Positions 19,406 through 28,957 of a stretch of DNA of 64,000 bases are shown piece after piece; within the stretch, counting starts at the first letter, position 1, and each line of letters begins with the position of its first letter. The stretch is taken from contig JAKFBS010000004.1 of the NCBI GenBank assembly GCA_036677065.1, positions 480,001 through 544,000 on the forward strand. Reading direction: 5' to 3'. Made by a program: the position numbers and the translations under genes. The notes under the pieces were generated by a model. The model did no database searches and was not told the origin of the DNA. It saw only the letters and a list, made by a program, of their open reading frames with translations. This DNA comes from Bdellovibrio sp. GTDB lineage: Bacteria > Bdellovibrionota > Bdellovibrionia > Bdellovibrionales > Bdellovibrionaceae.

Positions 19406-19561
19406 TTTGAGAGCTCCTTAGTGTTCATGGAATTTCCATATGGTTAATGGCATTTAGCATTCCATGAATTGTGCCAAGCAATAAAGGGCCTCATATCGCT
19501 TTTACGATGTAGGTGAGAGAGCTCGACTGTTTAAGGGTTGTACATAGGAGTGAACTAATTT

Positions 19562-20398
19562 CTATAGGGATTTTGAATAAATTTGCTGAACAATTCGTAA
19601 ATTTTGTTTAGCTTCGACTGAATCTGGGTGAAGTTCGACAGCACTTTTTAAATAGTGAATCGATGTTTGATATTGTTTTAAATTGAAAAAAATATTTCCT
19701 AAACCGATGCGCGCAATTAGGCTTTGCGGCCAATGGCCGAGTATACCCAAGTAAGCATTCTTGGCATCTTCATATTTAGCTAACTTTTCTAAAGCTGCGG
19801 CAGCTTGCAATTGTGTGATTTCATTAGCGCTGACTGAAACTTCGCCAGGCGGTAATACCACGAGGGCCCAGTAGTTGGTTAACTTCCAGGATAATTCAAA
19901 TTCAGCCATATCGATAAATTGATTTGGTTGAGGGCCTGAATGCATGACTAAGGTTTTATTTTTTAAATTGTAACCCGTAACTAAAGCGTAATGCCACTGT
20001 GGTATCCAGCTGATGCCCAAGTTTTCAAAAACAATCACGACATTACCTGCTTCGAGTTCTTTTAGAAGTGAAGTAAAGCCTGTAATAGGAATTGCCAGAT
20101 AACCTTGGCGTCTGGCTGCTGAAATCATGCTTTCTTGTAAGCTGCCTTTGGTATTGGGTGAATAAACTTGCGAGGTGATTTCATCGATGTTGTGTGAATT
20201 ACCGGTGGCAGCAATGGCCATAGCTAATGTTGCTGGACCGCAGTGGCCAACATCTTGTTCAATATACGGAGCTATATTGTTGATACTGGGTTTAAAGCTA
20301 ACAGCTGAATTTGATAAAGCATCTGTTTGAACCGTCGAAGATGCGCAGCCCGCAAGGCAAGCTGCGCACCATAAAAGAATTAACTTAAAATTAATCAT
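19562..20398 (-). CDS. PA2778-family C39-like cysteine peptidase lipoprotein with TPR
   Basis: Lipobox LAGC; Q...HCGPATLAM; WHYALVTGY; C-terminal TPRs. Confidence 0.88.
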   Translation of the reverse strand: MINFKLILLWCAACLAGCASSTVQTDALSNSAVSFKPSINNIAPYIEQDVGHCGPATLAMAIAATGNSHNIDEITSQVYSPNTKGSLQESMISAARRQGYLAIPITGFTSLLKELEAGNVVIVFENLGISWIPQWHYALVTGYNLKNKTLVMHSGPQPNQFIDMAEFELSWKLTNYWALVVLPPGEVSVSANEITQLQAAAALEKLAKYEDAKNAYLGILGHWPQSLIARIGLGNIFFNLKQYQTSIHYLKSAVELHPDSVEAKQNLRIVQQIYSKSL

Positions 20399-20766
20399 AT
20401 GCGTTTTACTAAATAAATAATCAGAACAATTAATAAAACAGTGACTAAAATGTCTCCTCCGTATTGGGCCTTGTCTATTTGCTGCGAAAGGTTTTGCAAT
20501 TCGATATCTGATAATGAAGAAATTCTGGCTTTAGCTTCAGCTAAACTAACACCTTGGTCGACCAGCTGTTGTTCGATCTGTTGTTGATTTAAGTATGAGG
20601 CGACTTTTTCTTGTGTTGCTTTACGGTCATAATTGGCGAGCACATCAGCCGTTGAAATCATTTTGCTGGCTTGCACGGTTTCAGCAAAAACCACTTGTGG
20701 TAAATGCGAAAGCGACAGTGACAAAAAACCTGCTGTAAAAAAGCGAACGCGATTGTTGAATTTCAT
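20395..20766 (-). CDS. PA2779-family protein
   Basis: MIST...QGVSLAEAKARISSLSDIEL...GG then hydrophobic tail; coupled to the peptidase gene. Confidence 0.85.
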   Translation of the reverse strand: MKFNNRVRFFTAGFLSLSLSHLPQVVFAETVQASKMISTADVLANYDRKATQEKVASYLNQQQIEQQLVDQGVSLAEAKARISSLSDIELQNLSQQIDKAQYGGDILVTVLLIVLIIYLVKRI

Positions 20767-20898
20767 AAGGACTCCTTGATACGTCTTAAATTATGCGAGC
20801 AATAGTTGATGTTTAGATCAAGCGGGTTTGAAGAAACTGCAATATGGTATTTTTGACGAACTTATGGTTAAATAATACTGTTTTAAAAGGAGATTTTT

Positions 20899-21420
20899 AT
20901 GAGCACTGATAGATTTACGCTTTGTCTTTGGTTTAACAATGAGGCCATCGATGCCGCCAAATTTTACACCTCGATTTTTAAAGACGGTAAAATCGGTAAG
21001 ACTCGCTATTATGGTAAAGAAGGTTTTGAATTTCACCAACAGCCTGAAGGTGCAGTGATGACCGTAGACTTTTTTTGCAATGGTTTGCATTTTCAGGCCT
21101 TAAATGGCGGTCCGCTCTTTAAATTCAACGAAGCCATGTCGTTAGTGATTACCTGCGATTCGCAAAAAGAAATCGATTATTACTGGGAAAAGCTTACGGG
21201 TAATGGCGGTAATGAAGTTCAGTGTGGCTGGCTTAAAGATAAATTTGGCCTTTCTTGGCAAGTTGTACCTAAGCAACTTGAAGAAATGATGGATAGTGAA
21301 AATAAAGCCGGAGCAGAGCGCGCCATGAATGCGATGTTCACTATGAAAAAATTTGATATTGAAAAACTTGAAGGTGCTTTTAACGATCACGAATCAACGA
21401 TCAAAACAGGCGAGCAATAA
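20899..21420 (+). CDS. VOC/PhnB-like (3-demethylubiquinone-9 methyltransferase family) protein
   Basis: CLWFNNEA, ALNGGPLFKFNEAMS, QCGWLKDKFGLSWQVVP. Confidence 0.92.
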   Translation: MSTDRFTLCLWFNNEAIDAAKFYTSIFKDGKIGKTRYYGKEGFEFHQQPEGAVMTVDFFCNGLHFQALNGGPLFKFNEAMSLVITCDSQKEIDYYWEKLTGNGGNEVQCGWLKDKFGLSWQVVPKQLEEMMDSENKAGAERAMNAMFTMKKFDIEKLEGAFNDHESTIKTGEQ

Positions 21421-21535
21421 AAAACGCAAAGCGTGAAATCAAGAAATGGTAAAGATGTCGCAGTAATTTGGGGCTAATTTACCGTCTCTTTTTTTTAAAT
21501 TCCGAATTTCACATCTTCATTTCATATTAGCCGAA

Positions 21536-23338
21536 ATGAAAAAAATATTACTTAGTTTTATATTCGTTCTTTTGTCATTAACTGTACATGCACAAAGCCG
21601 GTCGGTGAATGTCTTTCCGATCAAGTCATTGGCTATGCAAAATCTGGGTCCTTGCATTCAGATTTTCTATGATCAATCTAAAGATCCGAAATATTGGATG
21701 GGACGTACGTACTCTATATTTTTACAAAATCTATTGGCGCACTTTCCGAAATATCAACAAATTGCCGGGCCGATTGAGCAGTATCAAAAAGGTGATCTAG
21801 ACCGCTGTGCGGCCAGCTTTTACGTAGCTTCGTACTTTGAAAATAACATTCCAAAAGAGTTTTTCGAAGATTATGCAACAACCACCAAACCTGTGATGTG
21901 GATGGGCTATTCGATTTGGCTTCCGGGAGTAGATTATTTTAATGATATCTTTGGTTACTCGTACACTGGCTTAACTAAATTAAATACCGAGATTTTAGAC
22001 GCTAAGAAAAAGCCCACTTATTATAAGTTTGCTTCATATAAAGGTGAAACTTTTAGAAAATTCGGAGAGTTTAGCCGAACTGATCCCACCCAGTTTATGG
22101 CTCCTTTTGAAAATGTCATCTTAAGTAAAACCAGCGATAAACCCGACACTCAGATTATTTCAGAGCTTACTCATAATGCCACAAAAGAAAAAATCCCCTA
22201 TATTTTAAGAAATAAAAATCGTTTTTATGTCGCCGATGTGCCTTTCAGCTTTATGCATGAGGCTGATCGCTTTTTGATCGTAGCTGATTTGTTTTTTGAT
22301 GTTTTGAACGAAAAACCAATGCACAACGAAAGAATTGCTTTCATGCGCATTGAGGATGTGTCTCCGTTTATTTCACTGCCGTTTACTTATGATTTATTAA
22401 AAGTGCTTGAAGAGCAAAAAATCACGGCGAATGTGTCGATTGTTCCTGTGTTTGTTGATCCTATGCATTTTTATTCTACCGAAAAACCATTTTATACCAT
22501 GGAACAAACTCCAGGGTTCATGTCGCTGGTTGAAGACTTTAAACGTCTGGGCCATTCATTTATCTGGCATGGGGTCACCCATCAGTACGAAAGTTATCCA
22601 AATCCTTACAATGCCGTATCAACCGATGACTTTGAGTTCTGGGATGCTCCTAAAAATCGACCAGTTCCTAAAGACAGTGTGCAGTGGGTGCTTTCGCGTT
22701 TACATGACGGATTATATTCACTGAGCAAAGGATTTATTAAACCAACCTCTTGGCTTACGCCACATTACCAAGCTTCGGTTTTAGATTATTATATGTTTGG
22801 CCGTCTTTTTAGTTGGAATGTGGGCCGGGTTATTTACTTTGATCATTCAGCGCAAAACGTGCCGAATTACTCTCAAGACTTATTGATGGCTTCTGATAGC
22901 AGCAGTCATCAAAAGCGTATGCAGGCCTTTCAAAATTTAAAAGTGGAAACAACTGGTCCATGGAACGGGCAGATGTTTCCGTATTTGATTTACGGTGATG
23001 TTTACGGGCAAAGAATTATTCCAGAAAATTTAGGAAATTCGCAGCCTTTCAAAAGTGAACATGTCATTTGGCCGCGCACGATGGAAGACATCTTAGAAGA
23101 TGCGCGCCGTAATTTAGTCTTACGTGATGCATGGGCATCCATATTCTATCATCCAGCTCTTTTAGATAGTTTGCAAAATGGCGGGCGCGGGCAGTATCCG
23201 GGCGATCCTTCTGATTTTCGCCGCATTATTAAAGAATTTAAAGCCTTAGGTTATCGCTTCGTTAATGTCGACGAAGTGAACCGCCGCTGGCTTTTACCCA
23301 TTAGAAAAGAAACTTTAACTCTGGAAGGTACACGATGA
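21536..23338 (+). CDS. Exported DUF2334-type polysaccharide deacetylase-like protein
   Basis: Signal peptide; MRIEDVSP, WHGVTHQ, DFEF, TPHY, IIPENLG, SIFYHP. Confidence 0.85.
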   Translation: MKKILLSFIFVLLSLTVHAQSRSVNVFPIKSLAMQNLGPCIQIFYDQSKDPKYWMGRTYSIFLQNLLAHFPKYQQIAGPIEQYQKGDLDRCAASFYVASYFENNIPKEFFEDYATTTKPVMWMGYSIWLPGVDYFNDIFGYSYTGLTKLNTEILDAKKKPTYYKFASYKGETFRKFGEFSRTDPTQFMAPFENVILSKTSDKPDTQIISELTHNATKEKIPYILRNKNRFYVADVPFSFMHEADRFLIVADLFFDVLNEKPMHNERIAFMRIEDVSPFISLPFTYDLLKVLEEQKITANVSIVPVFVDPMHFYSTEKPFYTMEQTPGFMSLVEDFKRLGHSFIWHGVTHQYESYPNPYNAVSTDDFEFWDAPKNRPVPKDSVQWVLSRLHDGLYSLSKGFIKPTSWLTPHYQASVLDYYMFGRLFSWNVGRVIYFDHSAQNVPNYSQDLLMASDSSSHQKRMQAFQNLKVETTGPWNGQMFPYLIYGDVYGQRIIPENLGNSQPFKSEHVIWPRTMEDILEDARRNLVLRDAWASIFYHPALLDSLQNGGRGQYPGDPSDFRRIIKEFKALGYRFVNVDEVNRRWLLPIRKETLTLEGTR

Positions 23339-25077
23339 AATTTTTTGCTCTAATCCCACTCTTTTTGCTGGCAGCTACAAATGCTTTTGCTGCACTTAAT
23401 CTGGCCGAGCCAGAAGAATTACTAGAAAAAGCCCGTCAAAGCCGTATTGATTTGCGCGATGTGATTTTTGATATTGATAAAAATATTATCGAGTTTACCG
23501 AGCTTGAACATATTGAAAAATATGTTTTGATCCTTCCTGAATTACAAAAGTTATCGGATCAATTTAAATTAGATGACATGTATCCTAAAGCTGTTCATCG
23601 TTTAGGAGAATCGATTTTCAGTGCTTCGATCAAATGGCTTGATGTTCGATCAATAGCTAGTGAACGAATTTTAGAGTTTGCTCAATATGCTAACTTCGAT
23701 TTAGCTTTTCGTTATGCTGATTCAATTGCCGATGTCTTAAATAAAGAGCGCGATCAGGTAAAGCTTATGCGCGGGGCAAACACTGTTGAAGCCATTCGTG
23801 ACCTTTTTGTTGTGACTCTTCCAGATCAGCCGACATTAGAAGCAAATATGAGAAATATTCTTTCTGATCAGGCAAATATTCATTTAAGTAAGCCTGGTTT
23901 AACTGAAGAACAAACCTTGTTTTGGGTTGGTAAAATTTCTTCAGCACATGGGGTAACTACGTACCTTGAAGTGATCGACAATAGCATTGTCATTTTAAAG
24001 CGCGGTATGAACGATGAGGCCCATCATTTTGTAGAGTGTTTGGTTCAGTTAAAAGAAAGAATGTCGACTTTAGCTGACGAAATTCCGGGTTATCTTATTA
24101 CAAACGTCAGTGAAAAATTAAGCGAGCTTGTACAAAGAATGATTATTTTTGAAATCACTTTTAAAGCTAATGAATTCGAAAAGATTTTAACAATCATGAC
24201 TCCGAACAGTGTGCGCAGCCTTGCCAATTCAATTATGTCTCGTAATATGGTCATTTCACAAGCCTATGGTGATGAGTACATTCGCCTATCGCAAATCATT
24301 TTAACTAGTCTTCAAACATACGGATATGACTTTGAAGCTAAAGAGTTTGGTTTGTACATGCAACGCTCAATTTCGCCGATCATGATTGCGCGTTTTTCAG
24401 CTGAAGGTCACTTCAATATGAAAGACGATAAAGGAAAAAACTGGATTTTTTCTATAGTTCAGGTCAGACGCAATATGTATTACGCAGCTCTTGGCGATGA
24501 AGACCGTGTGATCTTTAAAAGTTTTTTTCATGTGACTTATGACTTTAGAAATAAAAAATTTCTGGCTTTCGAGCGCGGAACCGATGGGGATACACAACCT
24601 AATCAAGTCGTAAGTTTTGTGGTTAACCCAGATGGTACGATCAAGTTTGAAGATCTATATTCATTGCGTGATGTGAAAACTCTTAAAGGCAGAAAATCCA
24701 GCCTTATGCCGCTGTATAACGACTCTAATCCTGATACGGCTGGCATTAGTGGACGTTACAAAGGCCACATTAAAATCAAAGGTGGCTCAACGAGTAAGGC
24801 CGAAATTATTATCTCGGTGATGAATGGTTTTGTGTTAGGCCGACTAAATTTAGCTCATGAAGGAATGGTTTACGCCTCTATTGATTACAGTGTGGGAAGT
24901 GAGATCGTATCAGATCGCACAATCCATTTAACAACTGGAAAACTTGAATCGGGCACATGGAGCCATCTTCGCCTTGGATACTATGGCGATAAGGTGCGCG
25001 GTGTGATGATTCAGGGTGGGCGCGGAACCATCTCTGAAGAATTCGAATTAACTCGTGTAATAGAAGAAGGTAACTAG
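23335..25077 (+). CDS. Exported hypothetical protein (helical N-terminus, beta-rich C-terminus)
   Basis: Signal peptide; overlaps both neighbours. Confidence 0.8.
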   Translation: MKFFALIPLFLLAATNAFAALNLAEPEELLEKARQSRIDLRDVIFDIDKNIIEFTELEHIEKYVLILPELQKLSDQFKLDDMYPKAVHRLGESIFSASIKWLDVRSIASERILEFAQYANFDLAFRYADSIADVLNKERDQVKLMRGANTVEAIRDLFVVTLPDQPTLEANMRNILSDQANIHLSKPGLTEEQTLFWVGKISSAHGVTTYLEVIDNSIVILKRGMNDEAHHFVECLVQLKERMSTLADEIPGYLITNVSEKLSELVQRMIIFEITFKANEFEKILTIMTPNSVRSLANSIMSRNMVISQAYGDEYIRLSQIILTSLQTYGYDFEAKEFGLYMQRSISPIMIARFSAEGHFNMKDDKGKNWIFSIVQVRRNMYYAALGDEDRVIFKSFFHVTYDFRNKKFLAFERGTDGDTQPNQVVSFVVNPDGTIKFEDLYSLRDVKTLKGRKSSLMPLYNDSNPDTAGISGRYKGHIKIKGGSTSKAEIIISVMNGFVLGRLNLAHEGMVYASIDYSVGSEIVSDRTIHLTTGKLESGTWSHLRLGYYGDKVRGVMIQGGRGTISEEFELTRVIEEGN

Positions 25078-26351
25078 TGAAAAAGTTTTTTAAATACCTA
25101 TTAGTGATAGGATTATTTTTAGGAGTGCAGGCGCACGCAGATCTTACGAAGTTAAGCGGTGGCTTTAATCTGACCGAAACGGACGATTTTTTGTACGATG
25201 CGGCCACTGATGGCCCAAAAACCCATGCCCAAATTGCTGTCGACGATATTAAACGTCTTGGCGGAAAACACATCGAATTAAATGTGCGCGCCCGCATGAT
25301 CACCGGCACGGGCACAGAAATCGTACCCGTTACAAAACCGGCTGATCGCGCCAATGAAGCCAAACGCATGATCCGCTTAATGAAGTATATCAAAGAACAG
25401 GGCATGACGGTCGGAATTCGCCCGATCTTTTTTGTGGTCGGTCCTAACGGTGAATTTCCTTATCACCAGACAATGCCAGACGGTTCAAAAAAACACTGGT
25501 GGCATGGCAATATTCAACCCTCAGATCCTAATCGCTGGTTTGAAAGTTTTAGAACGTATTTAGATGTTTATATTACGATTGCCAACATCGGAAAAGCTGA
25601 TGAATTTACGGTGGGTGCCGAGCTTTACAGTATGACCGTGGGAATCGAAGATCAGTGGATGGCTCATCCGCACGGATTTCCGGGGCGTTGGATTTCTTTA
25701 TTACGTTATGTAAAATTGAAATTACCACGTGCGATGCTGATGTATGATATTAATTTTACCGATGATTCAAATATGGATTCAGGTTTTCAAAAATCCGGTG
25801 GTGAATTAGAAAGATGGCGTTACCGTTTAGTTGATTTAGCTGAACCTACTGACCCTGAAGAATATAAAATCTGGCAGGATTTGGTGCAGTTCTGGCGTGA
25901 ACTTGATGGGGTGGGTATCGATATGTACCGCAGTCTGGCCAGCGCAGATCAAGTGCCGCCAACGGATTACACCGAATTAGTGAATCTTCTGACTCAAAGA
26001 GCAGAATCATACGCCTCGCAGTTAGACACAACTTGGACTGAAATTTCTTTAATTACCGATTCAGAAAAAAAATTCTATTTCAAAGAAATCGGATATCGTT
26101 CGGTTGAAAATGGTTTTATTGATCCATTTACGTTCGCTGACAATGATCCGCGGGTAAACATCGCCCATCAGGCGGCGGCTTACGAAGCATTTTTACGAGC
26201 GTTCTGGGATGCCGGCTGGCCATGGGTTGGAGGTGTGTTCTTCTGGGATATTTCTGTTGATCCAAAGAAACATATGGGTAATGATTCTGGTTTCAGCCCG
26301 ATGAAAAAGAAGCAAACAGAAGAAGTCATTATAAAACGTTTTAAAAACTAG
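25077..26351 (+). CDS. Exported GH113-like (GTA-TIM-like barrel) glycoside hydrolase
   Basis: WWHGNIQP...WFESF; VGAEL (acid/base Glu); GIDMYRSL; FKEIGYRS (nucleophile Glu); HQAAAYEAF; GVFFW; FSP. Confidence 0.8.
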   Translation: MKKFFKYLLVIGLFLGVQAHADLTKLSGGFNLTETDDFLYDAATDGPKTHAQIAVDDIKRLGGKHIELNVRARMITGTGTEIVPVTKPADRANEAKRMIRLMKYIKEQGMTVGIRPIFFVVGPNGEFPYHQTMPDGSKKHWWHGNIQPSDPNRWFESFRTYLDVYITIANIGKADEFTVGAELYSMTVGIEDQWMAHPHGFPGRWISLLRYVKLKLPRAMLMYDINFTDDSNMDSGFQKSGGELERWRYRLVDLAEPTDPEEYKIWQDLVQFWRELDGVGIDMYRSLASADQVPPTDYTELVNLLTQRAESYASQLDTTWTEISLITDSEKKFYFKEIGYRSVENGFIDPFTFADNDPRVNIAHQAAAYEAFLRAFWDAGWPWVGGVFFWDISVDPKKHMGNDSGFSPMKKKQTEEVIIKRFKN

Positions 26352-26360
26352 AGATCAATT

Positions 26361-27032
26361 TTGAATTTATTAAAAAGGCCTAATTCTAAAAAGTTAGGCT
26401 TTATTTTTTTTATGTTAACAGTGCTGTTGCACGCAGGCCCTGCAAGGTCTAAATGTCCTGAAGGCTATCGTGATATCTCGCTTAAAAAAAACAACTGGAT
26501 AAATCAATACCCCAACTCGGGTAAAGTCAGTTTTCAAGAAAAGAAAAACATGATTTCGATGACTCCAAAAACAGCGCTCGTTGCTGCAACTACGCACGCA
26601 AGCCTTGTGCTTTCAAAGTTTGATATTAAGTCAGAAAATTTCGATATTATCGTCGATTATAAAAACGAACGCGCCTTAAGAAAAAAAAATCCTAATCCTT
26701 GGGAAGTGTTTTGGCTGTTTTTTAATTATGTGCCGGGGCCACATCATACTAAAACTACAAACTACGTCATAGCCAAACCGAACGGCCTTGAAGTAGGGCG
26801 AGCCGCAAAAGAAATTGATCAAGCCTATGTGAAAACCAGCGAGCAGGTGTCGGCCAAATTTAATCAATGGCACCGCTTGCGCGTGCAAAAACAGGGTGGA
26901 ATCGTTAAATTTTACTTTGATGAGATTTATATTTTAGAAGTATCGACTTCGGTGCTTTTCACAGCCCATGGGCGAATCGGTCTCTATTCTGAAGATGCCG
27001 CTGTAACTGTCAAAAGAGTTTGCCTAAAATAA
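26361..27032 (+). CDS. Exported ConA/LamG-like beta-sandwich protein (DUF1080-like)
   Basis: QWHRLRVQKQGGIVKFYFD...GRIGLYSEDAAV. Confidence 0.7.
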   Translation: MNLLKRPNSKKLGFIFFMLTVLLHAGPARSKCPEGYRDISLKKNNWINQYPNSGKVSFQEKKNMISMTPKTALVAATTHASLVLSKFDIKSENFDIIVDYKNERALRKKNPNPWEVFWLFFNYVPGPHHTKTTNYVIAKPNGLEVGRAAKEIDQAYVKTSEQVSAKFNQWHRLRVQKQGGIVKFYFDEIYILEVSTSVLFTAHGRIGLYSEDAAVTVKRVCLK

Positions 27033-27054
27033 AAACTGCCAATATGCTTTATTT

Positions 27055-28374
27055 ATGACATCAAATAATTCTGAACAATTAGTGCGTCGTATTACACTCA
27101 TTTCTCTGATTTTTTACGGCATCGGAGACATTTTAGGCGCCGGAATTTATGGTCTCGTCGGAAAAGCCGCAGGCATTATGGGAAATGGTGTGTGGTTAGC
27201 ATTTTTAATCAGTGCGGCGGCCGCGATTTTTACCGGATTAACTTACGCATCCCTTGGTTCACGTTATCCGCGCGCGGCGGGCATTGCTTATATTCTTAAA
27301 AAATCTTTTGGTTCAAATTTTTTAGCCTACGTTTTTGGAATCGTGGTTTTATGTTCAGGTCTAGTTTCGATGGCCACAGCAAGCCGCGCCTTTTCTGGAT
27401 ACCTATCAGGAATGCTGCCATTTCTTTCGCTGAATATGGGGATTTTAGTTTTTATGGCACTGTTAACTTTAATTGTGCTTAAAGGGATTAAAGAATCCAT
27501 GTGGGCCAATATTGTTTGTACGGTCATTGAGCTTTCAGGTTTATTGCTGGTGATCGTAGTTGGTATTTCTTTTATCGGTGATGTTTCGCTTATGGATTTT
27601 ACTTCTGAAAAAAATCCGACACCGCAATTGCAAATGCCCTTGATGTTAACTGGAGCTATTTTAACTTTTTATTCTTTCATGGGTTTTGAAGATATTATGA
27701 ATGTGGCTGAAGAAGTTGAAAATCCGCAGCGTAATTTGCCGATCGGGATCATTGTCGCAGTTCTTGTATCCTCTGTAATATATATGCTTATTAGCATTAT
27801 CGCCGTCTCTGTGATTCCGTCGCATGAGCTGGCAAAAAGCACGCAACCGCTGGTCGATGTGGTCGCCAAAGCAGCGCCTTGGTTTCCAACTAAGTTATTT
27901 AGTATTATTTCAATGTTTGCCATTGCTAATACGGCTTTACTTAATTTTATTATGGGCTCACGTTTAGTTTACGGCATGTCGCGCGAAAAACTTTTACCCA
28001 AAGTACTGGGTTATGTATCAGCAAAAACCCATACTCCGGTTACAGCGATTTTTGTGTGTATTTTTATTGTGTTATTTATGGCATTCACCGGTGAAATTGC
28101 GATTCTTGCTAAATCTTCAAGCCTATTGTTATTAACCGGTTTTTTTATGATGAATATCAGTTTGATTATTCTTAAAAAAAGAAAGCCAGAAGAAAAAGGC
28201 CGTTTTGAAATTCCGTATTTTATACCTGTGCTTGGAGCAGTTTTAGCTATTACACTTATTTTTTCTGCAACCTTTGAAGAAGCGAAGCGGGCCATGGGCG
28301 TGTTTGCGGTATCTTGTATTTTATATTTCGTTATTAGGCCTAAGGCTGAAGCCATTGATAAAATGCAGGGCTAG
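27055..28374 (+). CDS. APC-family amino acid permease
   Basis: GDILGAGIY, YPRAAG, FYSFMGFED, AEEVENPQR. Confidence 0.93.
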   Translation: MTSNNSEQLVRRITLISLIFYGIGDILGAGIYGLVGKAAGIMGNGVWLAFLISAAAAIFTGLTYASLGSRYPRAAGIAYILKKSFGSNFLAYVFGIVVLCSGLVSMATASRAFSGYLSGMLPFLSLNMGILVFMALLTLIVLKGIKESMWANIVCTVIELSGLLLVIVVGISFIGDVSLMDFTSEKNPTPQLQMPLMLTGAILTFYSFMGFEDIMNVAEEVENPQRNLPIGIIVAVLVSSVIYMLISIIAVSVIPSHELAKSTQPLVDVVAKAAPWFPTKLFSIISMFAIANTALLNFIMGSRLVYGMSREKLLPKVLGYVSAKTHTPVTAIFVCIFIVLFMAFTGEIAILAKSSSLLLLTGFFMMNISLIILKKRKPEEKGRFEIPYFIPVLGAVLAITLIFSATFEEAKRAMGVFAVSCILYFVIRPKAEAIDKMQG

Positions 28375-28402
28375 CCAAGCTGGCCGCACCTAGCAAGCCG
28401 CA

Positions 28403-28750
28403 CTAGTTACAGATAAATTCAACAAAGTTATACATCGTGGTGCGCGGGCCTGCACCACCCACCATGATCGCACTATGGCCAACGCCAAAGCCTGTGGCTA
28501 CTCCTGCAGACGAATTACTTTCATCACGTGCCTGATACTCTTTGGTGATGGTGTAATCGCCGCCACAGAAATTTGTGGCTTTGTTTTTTAAATCTTGGCG
28601 GTATTTGGCTTCGTGTTCTGGCTTATCGGTCGGGTAATAGCGAACCACCGCTTGTTTTTGCGGACTTGTATCGCGGCGAACAAATTCAACCGTGTGCGAA
28701 CAGCCGCAAAGAATTAAAAGCGCTGGGGTGATAAGACTTAAACTTTTCAT
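28403..28750 (-). CDS. Small lipoprotein
   Basis: Lipobox LCGC; FC...FIC Cys pair. Confidence 0.8.
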   Translation of the reverse strand: MKSLSLITPALLILCGCSHTVEFVRRDTSPQKQAVVRYYPTDKPEHEAKYRQDLKNKATNFCGGDYTITKEYQARDESNSSAGVATGFGVGHSAIMVGGAGPRTTMYNFVEFICN

Positions 28751-28762
28751 ACTAAAAGATCG

Positions 28763-28779
28763 AGCAAGATATATTCCAA
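28763..28779 (-). promoter_or_regulatory. sigma54-type promoter of the lipoprotein gene
   Basis: Minus strand TTGGAAT-ATATC-TTGCT (GG-N10-GC); the GC lies 13 nt before ATG. Confidence 0.5.
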
Positions 28780-28919
28780 GCCTGGTTTACCTATTTTGCC
28801 CCGTGGTTATCCAATTGTAACTTGGGAAACCAGAAACTCACGTCATTGGCTTAAGTCGGAAGGTTTTGTGGGCGATAACTAAGTACATTTTAATACGTAT
28901 TCACGATACGTTCACACCT

Positions 28920-28957
28920 AATGGGCTGGACCTTTAAAAGTTCAGCCCATTTTTTTT
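28920..28957 (+). terminator. Rho-independent terminator
   Basis: AATGGGCTGGAC-N8-GTTCAGCCCATT plus T run. Confidence 0.75.

Noticed and set aside
19405..19562. fimS-like invertible phase-variation switch
   Set aside because: Only 25 nt between the inverted repeats and no recombinase in the window.
21526..21540. GCCGAAAT as sigma28 -10 for the glycan operon
   Set aside because: Overlaps the start codon and lacks a -35 at the N15 spacing.
25077..26351. Gene-transfer-agent or phage tail origin for the GTA-TIM-like barrel
   Set aside because: Stand-alone protein with a signal peptide and no phage structural neighbours.
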